A stretch of 32,000 bases of DNA from Nostoc sp. Its GTDB lineage: Bacteria > Cyanobacteriota > Cyanobacteriia > Cyanobacteriales > Nostocaceae. The stretch is from NCBI RefSeq assembly GCF_036916735.1, contig NZ_JBALFV010000125.1, forward strand, positions 16,022 through 48,021, in the 5' to 3' direction. The translations under genes were made by a program, and so were the position numbers. Under the pieces are notes generated by a model. The model did not search any database. It had not been told where the DNA came from and saw nothing but the letters and a program-made list of their open reading frames with translations. The stretch's first letter is position 1, and each line of letters begins with the position of its first letter. Positions 9,313 to 16,563 of the stretch are shown here, piece by piece.

Positions 9313-9546
9313 TTAAGACACCTTCAAACGGTTATATTTTTTCATGTAACCTTTTCTTGTTGTCTTCACTTGTACAAAGAAATAAGGAACAGATTTACCA
9401 GCCCCTACCAACTCTACAATAAAATCAACATATTGCCATTTATCTCCTAAAAACTGCGGCTTGAAAATAGGGCCAGCATGAGAGTGAAATTCCGTCATTA
9501 ATACTGTAAAAATTGCTTCGCCTCTTTGCTTTAGTGCATCTCTCAT
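9313..9546 (-). CDS. DUF4365-like PD-(D/E)xK nuclease-domain fragment (probably truncated)
   Basis: 77 aa. GEAIF..L......DKWQYVDFIVEL.....YFFVQVKTT matches the D...D(F/G)..E......QVK(A/T)T core I associate with DUF4365. The ORF stops about 18 aa after the QVK motif, shorter than I would expect for the full domain. Confidence 0.4.
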   Translation of the reverse strand: MRDALKQRGEAIFTVLMTEFHSHAGPIFKPQFLGDKWQYVDFIVELVGAGKSVPYFFVQVKTTRKGYMKKYNRLKVS

Positions 9547-9680
9547 TTATAGACCTATTTTAATCGAGCCTGTTTAACAAAGGTAGGCTGTTTTGCCTGC
9601 CCTATATTATTAAGTATTGCTTTGTGTTAATTTGTTGTTAACAAACTCCTATTTTGAGAAGTTTGCATTGTTTATTGAAA

Positions 9681-9726
9681 GCGACTATCCCTCTCCACCC
9701 ACAAGGGAGTGGAGAGGGATAGTCGC
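9681..9726. repeat. Perfect 18-bp-stem palindromic element downstream of acs
   Basis: GCGACTATCCCTCTCCAC (9681-9698) and GTGGAGAGGGATAGTCGC (9709-9726) are exact reverse complements with a 10-nt loop. It is followed by GGGCATA tandem units and dispersed-repeat sequence up to about 9870. Confidence 0.8.
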
Positions 9727-9879
9727 CCCGTTGCTTGGGGCATAGGGCATAGGGCATTGGTAGGTTCTTCCCGATGCCCCATACTTCGACGCCGCCCCTC
9801 GGCTCCGCTCGGGCTGAACTCAGTACAAGTGTCCAATTCCCCATGCCCAAAAACTCCACATACAAGGAGATGGAGTTTT

Positions 9880-11853
9880 TTATACACTTTCCCGCAATTT
9901 ATCTAACACGCTTCTATCTTCTAATGTCGAAGTATCCCCAGATACCTCTTGCCCTGCGGCTAGATTCCGCAGCAAGCGCCGCATAATCTTACCTGATCGC
10001 GTTTTGGGCAAAGCGTCTGTAAAGCGGATTTCTCCCGGACGCGCGATCGCACCGATTTCTTTGACAACGTGCAGCTTGAGTTCTTTACTCAGTTCCTCAT
10101 TTGCCTGATAAGTACCTTCTAAAGTCACAAAAGCAACTACTTCTTCACCCTTAAGTTCATCGGGTTTACCTACTACCGCCGCTTCTGCAACTGCTGGATG
10201 CGAAACTAAAGCTGATTCTACTTCCATTGTACCAAGTCGGTGTCCTGATACATTAAGTACATCATCAACACGACCCATTACCCAGAAATAGCCGTCTTCA
10301 TCTTGTCTTGCACCATCACCAGCAAAGTAAATATAGTTACCATCTTTAGGAGGAATGTGTTCCCAGTAAGTGCGGCGGAAGCGTTCTGGATCGGCGTAGA
10401 CTGTCCGCATCATTCCTGGCCACGGATGACGCACTGCTAGATAACCGCCTTCTTTATTGGGTACAGTGTTTCCTTCTAAATCCACGACATCTGCAATAAT
10501 TCCAGGGAAGGGAAGAGTTGCTGAACCGGGTTTAGTGGGAATTGCCCCTGGTAGCGGTGTAATCATGATACCGCCGGTTTCCGTTTGCCACCAGGTATCC
10601 ACAATTGGACAGCGATCGCCACCAATTACTTTGTGATACCATATCCAAGCTTCCGGGTTAATCGGTTCGCCAACGGTTCCCAACAAACGCAACGAAGATA
10701 GATTTCGCGTGTTGGGATGTTGTTCGCCCATCTTAATAAATGCCCGAATTGCCGTAGGTGCAGTATAAAAAATATTAACACCGTATTTTTCAATCACATC
10801 CCATGTACAACCAGGATTAGAAGCGCGGGGCGCACCTTCATACATCACACTGGTTGCACCGTTGGAAAGGGGGCCGTAGACAATGTAGCTGTGTCCCGTA
10901 ATCCAACCTACATCTGCGGTACACCAATATACATCTGTGTCTTGCAGGTCGAATATCCACTTGGTGGTCATGTGGGTATACAAATTATAACCAGCAGTTG
11001 TATGCACTACGCCCTTCGGTTTGCCCGTGCTGCCAGAAGTGTAGAGAACAAACAGCATATCTTCGCTGTCCATTGGTTCGGCGGGACAATCTGCTGATAC
11101 TCCTTTTTGCAAATCATGCCACCAATGATCGCGTCCGCCTGACTGCATATAAGTTTCTTGTCCAGTGCGCTTGACAACTAGGACATTTTCTACACTGGGA
11201 ACAGCACCATCAGCTAAAGCTTTGTCTACCTGTTCCTTGAGAGGAACGATCGCATCTTTGCGCCAACCACCATCAGCCGTGATTACCAGTTTAGCTTGAG
11301 CATCAATTAAGCGATCGCGCAAAGCTTCGGCACTAAAACCACCAAATACCACACTGTGGGGTGCGCCAATTCTGGCACAGGCTAACATAGCGATCGCAGC
11401 TTCCGGAATCATCGGCATATAAATACCAACGCGATCGCCTTTTTGTACACCCAGTTGCTTCAATACATTGGCAAACTGACAAACTTCTCGGTGCAGTTGG
11501 GAATATGTCAGGGTACGGGAATCACCTGGTTCTCCTTCCCAAATCAAAGCTGCTTTATTTTTACGCCAGGTAGTGAGATGTCTGTCAAGGCAGTTGTAAG
11601 AAATATTAATCTTACCACCAACGAACCATTTAGCAAAAGGCGGTTGCCAGTCTAATACTGTATCCCATTTTTGGAACCATTCTAATTCTGTTGTCGCCAA
11701 ATCTGCCCAAAATTGCTGCGGATCGGCTTTGGCTTTGTCGTAGATACGCTGATAGTCATCTAAGCTTTGGATATGGGCGTTCTGCGAGAATTCTGAGCTA
11801 GGATGAAACAGCCGCTTCTCTTGTAGGATTGATTCTATAGTTGGTTGAGACAT
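9880..11853 (-). CDS. acs: Acetyl-coenzyme A synthetase (AMP-forming)
   Basis: 657 aa. Canonical Acs motifs are present: [54 protein letters not shown] and [12 protein letters not shown]. Confidence 0.97.
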   Translation of the reverse strand: MSQPTIESILQEKRLFHPSSEFSQNAHIQSLDDYQRIYDKAKADPQQFWADLATTELEWFQKWDTVLDWQPPFAKWFVGGKINISYNCLDRHLTTWRKNKAALIWEGEPGDSRTLTYSQLHREVCQFANVLKQLGVQKGDRVGIYMPMIPEAAIAMLACARIGAPHSVVFGGFSAEALRDRLIDAQAKLVITADGGWRKDAIVPLKEQVDKALADGAVPSVENVLVVKRTGQETYMQSGGRDHWWHDLQKGVSADCPAEPMDSEDMLFVLYTSGSTGKPKGVVHTTAGYNLYTHMTTKWIFDLQDTDVYWCTADVGWITGHSYIVYGPLSNGATSVMYEGAPRASNPGCTWDVIEKYGVNIFYTAPTAIRAFIKMGEQHPNTRNLSSLRLLGTVGEPINPEAWIWYHKVIGGDRCPIVDTWWQTETGGIMITPLPGAIPTKPGSATLPFPGIIADVVDLEGNTVPNKEGGYLAVRHPWPGMMRTVYADPERFRRTYWEHIPPKDGNYIYFAGDGARQDEDGYFWVMGRVDDVLNVSGHRLGTMEVESALVSHPAVAEAAVVGKPDELKGEEVVAFVTLEGTYQANEELSKELKLHVVKEIGAIARPGEIRFTDALPKTRSGKIMRRLLRNLAAGQEVSGDTSTLEDRSVLDKLRESV

Positions 11854-12083
11854 GGTTAGTTATGAGTGCGATCACTATTGTTACTAAAAACTATTCTTAG
11901 CCCAGTTACGCTATACAATTTTTAGATTTTCGTTAAACTGGGTAGAAATTGCCGAGTTATTTAGTTTACATTCATTTTGATCTACCAAAAGCACGCGATC
12001 AAAAAATGTAAAGAGGTTTTACAACCTATCTACCGGGAATGTTGCAATATTGTAAATAGTCTTGACAAGCAAAGCCTGAAATT

Positions 12084-12728
12084 ATGACGCTCACCGTCGA
12101 AGCTAGCAGCCTATCTCTCAACGATGTTCATCGGTTTCTCAAACTAGAAGAACTTTCCAATGGTTCATTCACAGACTTTTTAAGTCTAGAACCACTCTTT
12201 GAGTTTGAACAGCAGGATTTATTACGAATCAGAAACGACTTCCGTCGTTATTTAAGCGCAGGTAAAATTTCTGAAGGGTTGGTTAAATTTATAACAATTG
12301 CACCATTAATGCGATTAGCTGGATTTTACGATGTGCCGATTCGGTTGACAATGGAAGATAGCATTGCGATCGCAGTTGAAGATGAAGACAGAAGAATTAC
12401 TGGACGGATGGATATTTTAGCAATAAATAATCCTCAAAGTAATATTGCGCCGCCATTTTTGGTTCTAGTAATTGAAACGAAAAATAGTTCGGTCAATGTG
12501 ATTGAGGGTTTACCTCAATTAATCACTTATGCTTTTAAAAGTTTAGAGCAACAACCATCAGTTTGGGGTTTGGTAACTAATGGACAGCTTTATCAATTTG
12601 TTTATCTAAGACATGACAATCGGTCAACTTATGAGTTAATGCCATTATTAAATTTGAGTCAATCTCCAGATGCAATTGAGTTATTGCAAGTTTTCAAAGC
12701 CATTTGTAAGTTACCAAATTTTCAGTAA
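12084..12728 (+). CDS. Restriction-endonuclease-like protein (type I restriction enzyme HsdR N-terminal-like PD-(D/E)xK domain, standalone)
   Basis: 214 aa. GRMDILAI...LVLVIETKNS...GLPQLITYA...GLVTNGQLYQFVYL fits the D...(E)xK...Q...Y...TNG pattern of HSDR_N-type domains. Confidence 0.6.
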   Translation: MTLTVEASSLSLNDVHRFLKLEELSNGSFTDFLSLEPLFEFEQQDLLRIRNDFRRYLSAGKISEGLVKFITIAPLMRLAGFYDVPIRLTMEDSIAIAVEDEDRRITGRMDILAINNPQSNIAPPFLVLVIETKNSSVNVIEGLPQLITYAFKSLEQQPSVWGLVTNGQLYQFVYLRHDNRSTYELMPLLNLSQSPDAIELLQVFKAICKLPNFQ

Positions 12729-12750
12729 ATAAATCGCAAAGCGATCGCTG

Positions 12751-13479
12751 ATGTCTGATCCTGCTACTTTAGAAATCATCTCTGATGGTATTTCAGAAGA
12801 CGAAGTTATTTTTCCTCCTGGCGATATACTGAGTGACGAACCACCTTTGGAAAGTGACCTGCACCGTGACCAAATCGATTTGCTGATTCGCATCCTCAAA
12901 TTATGGTGGCGAGATAGGCAAGATTTTTATGCTTCTGGCAATTTGACGATTTACTACAGTTTTAACCAGAAAAAATCAGAATATTTCCGCGGCCCAGACT
13001 TTCTTGTAGTTTTGGGAACCCAGAAAAAAGACCCTAAAAGTTGGGTAGTTTGGCAAGAAGACGGCAAATATCCTAACCTGATTGTGGAAATTTTGTCAAG
13101 TTCAACGACAGCAGTTGATAAAGGTTTAAAAAAACAAGTTTACCAAGATACCTTCCGTACACCAGATTATTTCTGGTTTGATCCTGTAACAATGGAACTT
13201 CAGGGATTTCATTTAGTTGATGGGAAGTATCAAGAAATTCAATCAACCACTGATGGACGTTTGTGGAGTCAACAGTTAGAACTTTATTTGGGAGTTTATG
13301 AAGGTAAATTAAGATTCTTCACTACTGAAAATCAATTAATACTATCATCAGAGGAATTGGTTGAACAAGAACGTTTACGTGCCGAACAGGCAGAAGAACG
13401 CGCCGAACGAGCAGAGCAAGAAATTGCTCGACTGCGGGAGGCTTTACGTTTACAGGGCATCGACCTAGAGAATATTTGA
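12751..13479 (+). CDS. Uma2 family endonuclease (DUF820) with C-terminal coiled-coil tail
   Basis: 242 aa. ESDLHRDQIDLL..., GPDFLVVLG, YPNLIVEILSSSTTAVDKGLKKQVYQD..TPDYFWFDP are the characteristic Uma2 (PF05685) motifs. The C-terminus EQERLRAEQAEERAERAEQEIARLREAL is typical of cyanobacterial members. Confidence 0.85.
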   Translation: MSDPATLEIISDGISEDEVIFPPGDILSDEPPLESDLHRDQIDLLIRILKLWWRDRQDFYASGNLTIYYSFNQKKSEYFRGPDFLVVLGTQKKDPKSWVVWQEDGKYPNLIVEILSSSTTAVDKGLKKQVYQDTFRTPDYFWFDPVTMELQGFHLVDGKYQEIQSTTDGRLWSQQLELYLGVYEGKLRFFTTENQLILSSEELVEQERLRAEQAEERAERAEQEIARLREALRLQGIDLENI

Positions 13480-13571
13480 TGACATCAGGAAATGAACTAA
13501 AGACATTTTCAAGTTAAAATCTAGTTATCAATGTGTAAAAAAAGCGTAATCTTCTGAAAGTAGGGCATCAT

Positions 13572-14261
13572 TTGCAAGCAACAGAAATTAAGGATCAGCT
13601 AAAGTCCCTTATCGAGCAAGCCTCCTCGATAGATCATAATTTAGCGAGAAGATTAGATGAAATCAATCGTTGGGTAAAAGACATCAAGCCAGGTTCTCTG
13701 ACTGCAAAACCTTTTGTCATTGCCTTTCTCTTAGAAGTAATTACGGATTCGACAATTTGGCTGATAATCAAATCCTTACCTTCAGAAGAAGAACAAAAAG
13801 CAAAATTCGAGATGATGACGCCGATTGAGAGATATTGGTATGGTTATCTATTTCCCAGATGGTTTAATGCAAGTGACTCCAAGTTTTATATTTGGAAGCA
13901 AAAATTGATGGCAGGCGAATTTAATCAAGTAGATGATGATATTATTAAATTAATAGCTCAAGATATTGTTCAGCGAGAAGGTAGTTTTTGGCAGCGTTAT
14001 ATAGCCGACCTTTCTATGGCAACAGATTTAATTGTTAGTCGTAACAATCAACCACTGTGTATTCAAATTACCAGTGTTAGTGAAGAACTTAATCACCAAA
14101 AGTACGAAGCTTGGCAAAATACACTGCGATCGTGGGAAATCGAGAGGGGGCTGTTCTTAAGTTACAATCCTAAGGATGCTAATTTTGTCAACCAATTAGT
14201 CAACGTGGCCCTGTATAACAGTGATTACCTTTCTGGTGGCAAATATTTAAAATTTTCGTGA
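13572..14261 (+). CDS. Hypothetical protein
   Basis: 229-aa ORF starting at TTG, with no in-frame ATG near the 5' end. Same strand and close spacing to neighbours. One HIP1 variant inside. No recognised family. Confidence 0.5.
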   Translation: MQATEIKDQLKSLIEQASSIDHNLARRLDEINRWVKDIKPGSLTAKPFVIAFLLEVITDSTIWLIIKSLPSEEEQKAKFEMMTPIERYWYGYLFPRWFNASDSKFYIWKQKLMAGEFNQVDDDIIKLIAQDIVQREGSFWQRYIADLSMATDLIVSRNNQPLCIQITSVSEELNHQKYEAWQNTLRSWEIERGLFLSYNPKDANFVNQLVNVALYNSDYLSGGKYLKFS

Positions 14262-14329
14262 ACTTTTCAGGAATTTGATATTTCAGATTTGTGTCTAGCC
14301 TATATACCTACGTGCTAATTAAAGCTTTT

Positions 14330-14770
14330 ATGGTTAATAAAAGAGAAACTCACTGCAACAATCAAGTAGATACATTTGCTGAAGCTTTAGCGACGGCGCG
14401 ACAAATGCAGCAGAACTGGCTTACTTATGGGATTGATTTTGTCAATATTTACGTTGAAGATGTCGAGGGAAACTGGCTAGAAACGTGGGGACATGATGAA
14501 ATATTAGGTAATTTTCAATTAGATACTATTAAAGAATTTTTGGTAAGTAATGATAGTGTAGCTGTTAGGGTAAGACAGCATTTAGGAGAGCGATCGCTGT
14601 TTGATTTTGCAGTAAAATTAGATGAATCTTGGAGAATTTCTGAGTTAGATGACAGGCTATCTGCTGTAAAAAATCTGCTAGCTGGTGAAGGAAATAGTGT
14701 TAATACAGATGATATCAGGTTATTGGATTTAGCAAATACTCTGGTAGGAAAGTTGGCAGAGATTTTATGA
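14330..14770 (+). CDS. Hypothetical protein
   Basis: The tracked ORF starts at GTG 14291; the first ATG (MVNKRETH...) is at 14330. It begins 29-68 nt after the previous ORF. Contains a HIP1 site (14590 region). No recognised family. Confidence 0.5.
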   Translation: MVNKRETHCNNQVDTFAEALATARQMQQNWLTYGIDFVNIYVEDVEGNWLETWGHDEILGNFQLDTIKEFLVSNDSVAVRVRQHLGERSLFDFAVKLDESWRISELDDRLSAVKNLLAGEGNSVNTDDIRLLDLANTLVGKLAEIL

Positions 14771-14876
14771 AATTTGGAATTGCGTAGTGGTAGATTAAAT
14801 TTTAAACTCAAGGGTTTTTATATTTTATTTGGTTGTGATTGGGTGGTATATAGACGATGGTTTTTGCAGACGAGCT

Positions 14877-15128
14877 TTAATAATCTTTGAGATGTGCAAT
14901 CTTTATCACTGTTAGTAGTAAGGGTTGCTCCTGAATCTGGTAAATAATGCGGTATTTACCCAAACGAACCTTATACAAGCGTTCGGTGTCCTTCAATAAG
15001 TGAGCGGCTTCTGGACGTGGATTTAATGCTAGTTCCTCTAACTTTTGTGCTAATTGTTGCTGCATTACTGAGTCTAATTCTGTAAGTTTTTGAACAGATG
15101 AAGGTGTCAATGCTACTTGGTAGCTCAT
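14877..15128 (-). CDS. Type II toxin-antitoxin system RelE/ParE family toxin
   Basis: 83 aa. ...LYKVRLGKYRIIYQIQEQPLLLTVIKIAHLKDY is the characteristic C-terminal core of PF05016-type toxins. Its start overlaps the upstream antitoxin stop by 4 nt (ATGA). Confidence 0.85.
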   Translation of the reverse strand: MSYQVALTPSSVQKLTELDSVMQQQLAQKLEELALNPRPEAAHLLKDTERLYKVRLGKYRIIYQIQEQPLLLTVIKIAHLKDY

Positions 15129-15394
15129 ATCCCTAACTCCCTTTTAATTTCTTCAAAGGGTGTTGTCCCCAGCCCTGCAATTTCCTCTAATACTATATAA
15201 GCATCTCTTACATCAGCCTCATCTAACCTTGCTTCAATCAGCTCATGCATCTGCTCTGTTGAGGTAATTTCAGTTCCTGGCTCTTCTCTAAGTTTGTCCG
15301 TTAATGCATGAAAAGCTTCTTGATCGTCTCGATGTTCCAACACATAAGCTCTTAACTCTTGTCTGGTCATTGCTTGAAAATTTGCCTTAGTCAT
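15125..15394 (-). CDS. Putative cognate antitoxin (two-part: N-terminal MT.QELRAYVLEHRDDQEAF module plus C-terminal acidic toxin-binding-like tail)
   Basis: 89 aa. Position immediately upstream of, and translationally coupled to, the RelE/ParE toxin. The acidic C-terminal segment DEADVRDAYIVLEEIAG...FEEIKRELGI resembles antitoxin partners of cyanobacterial RelE/ParE toxins. Confidence 0.65.
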   Translation of the reverse strand: MTKANFQAMTRQELRAYVLEHRDDQEAFHALTDKLREEPGTEITSTEQMHELIEARLDEADVRDAYIVLEEIAGLGTTPFEEIKRELGI

Positions 15395-15483
15395 AAATAT
15401 CTTACCCTCCCATTTAGCAATATTTCTATTTCAAAGCTTTGTCCAGCCAGAATGTAAATGCGTGTTGTCCGTTCATCTAACCT

Positions 15484-15500
15484 TACCAATTAAATTGGTA
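15484..15500. promoter_or_regulatory. Perfect 17-bp palindrome upstream of the RelE/ParE operon (candidate operator)
   Basis: TACCAATT-A-AATTGGTA read directly, 90-106 nt upstream of the antitoxin start on the minus strand. Confidence 0.3.
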
Positions 15501-15689
15501 GGTACATCTGAGTTAAATCCTGACACACCTTAAATAATTCAATTCCTTGTTCATTAGTTGGTTTCATTCAGGATCATTAACAAGTTAAATTGTCATAAAT
15601 TGCTTGCAGACGCTATTTACTTTGTTTTATTTCAAGTATACACGTAGAGACTAGATAAAAATATTACACACTTGAACCAATTGTGACTA

Positions 15690-16026
15690 ACATTTAAGCA
15701 TTTCTTGCAAATGTTAAAGCAAGAGTTACTCAGGTTGAAGCATGTATAAGAAAGGCTTAAGTTTTTCTGAAAAGATTAAATACTTTCTTATAAATGTTGA
15801 AGCAAGAGTTACTCAGGTTGAAGCATGTATAAGAAAGATTTAAGTATTTCTTACAAAGATTAAATACTTTCTTATAAATGTTGAAGCAAGAGTTACTCAG
15901 GTTGAAGCATGTATAAGAAAGGTTTAAGTATTTCTAACAAAGATTAAATATTTTCTTATAAATGTTGAAGCAATAGTTACTCAGGTTGAAACTTTGGTTA
16001 ATAACGTTGAAAGTTTTTTGTTAAAG
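15690..16026. repeat. Tandem array of about four copies of an 84-bp unit built from four 21-bp sub-units (21-bp phasing)
   Basis: GTT(G/A)AAG starts at 15713, 15734, 15796, 15817, 15880, 15901, 15964, 15985 and 16006 (spacings 21, 62, 21, 63, 21, 63, 21, 21). Unit 15796-15879 = gttgaagcaagagttactcag | gttgaagcatgtataagaaag | atttaagtatttcttacaaag | attaaatactttcttataaat. It ends about 110 nt upstream of the 16136 ORF. Confidence 0.9.
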
Positions 16027-16135
16027 GGTACACCCGACTTTCACCAGGGAAACTGGTTAGCCTCTATCTCTCTTCCATGTAAACATCTGTTATTGTATGC
16101 ATCAGTTAGGATGTTGCCAGATAAGGTAGGATATT

Positions 16136-16552
16136 TTGGAAGCAATTACAGCTAGTGCGATCGCAACCCTCGTTTTTAACAAAGCATTTGAGACAACTAT
16201 CGAGAAATTCACTGAAGCAGCCCTGGTTAAAATTGCTGAGTTGCGAAAGAAGATTTGGGAGAAGTTAAAAGGAAATTCTCAAGCCGCAACTGCCTTCGTT
16301 GAGGCTGACAAAGGCTCGAAACCAGATGTAGACAAGGTTGCTGCTTACTTGCAGAGAATTTTACGTGACGAACCGGAGTTTGCTAAAGAAGTACAAACAC
16401 TGGCTCGTGAAATTCAGGCTGGTAAGATAGTAGACAATAGCAATATGACTCAAATCAACCATGACAATGCCAAAGGATGGCAAACTAAAGTTGAGGGTGG
16501 AACAGTTTATCAAGGCGAGATTAACATTCATCATGCACCCCCCAATTCTTGA
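16136..16552 (+). CDS. Small helical effector-like protein (Bell-domain-like) with C-terminal amyloid-signalling-type motif shared with the downstream NLR
   Basis: 138 aa with a TTG start preceded by AAGGTAGGA. The N-terminus is hydrophobic/helical (MEAITASAIATLVFNKAFETTIEKF...). C-terminal residues 107-132, INHDNAKGWQTKVEGGTVYQGEINIH, repeat at the N-terminus of the next ORF. The stop lies 11 nt before the next start. Confidence 0.7.
   Translation: MEAITASAIATLVFNKAFETTIEKFTEAALVKIAELRKKIWEKLKGNSQAATAFVEADKGSKPDVDKVAAYLQRILRDEPEFAKEVQTLAREIQAGKIVDNSNMTQINHDNAKGWQTKVEGGTVYQGEINIHHAPPNS
16454..16531 (+). other. C-terminal copy of the shared ~26-aa motif (candidate bacterial amyloid signalling sequence)
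   Basis: INHDNAKGWQTKVEGGTVYQGEINIH versus SNQDNAKGWQTQVEGGTAYVGDISIY in the next gene: 18 of 26 positions identical by my count. Confidence 0.7.
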
Positions 16553-16563
16553 ATTGAGCCATC

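Noticed and set aside
9638-9986. Four overlapping 65-75-aa ORFs on both strands
   Set aside because: They overlap each other and the repeat/hairpin block downstream of acs (one also overlaps the acs 3' end). They are GC-rich repeat translation artefacts.
10717-11655. Antisense ORFs inside acs (10717-11097, 11443-11655)
   Set aside because: They are fully embedded opposite a highly conserved gene, as are the similar ORFs within speA, the nucleotidyltransferase gene, GNAT, ndk, pdxH and the TPR gene (2059-2436, 9022-9207, 22639-22821, 23594-24155, 26082-26303, 27987-28223, 29404-29634). All are treated as shadow ORFs.
12711-14811. Minus-strand ORFs 12711-12899 and 14515-14811
   Set aside because: They overlap better-supported plus-strand genes (Uma2 and the 14330-14770 ORF) and have low-complexity Ser-rich translations.
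15690-16026. Possible CRISPR array
   Set aside because: Units are contiguous 84-bp copies with no unique spacers between conserved repeats, no cas genes are in the window, and the internal 21-bp substructure is not CRISPR-like.
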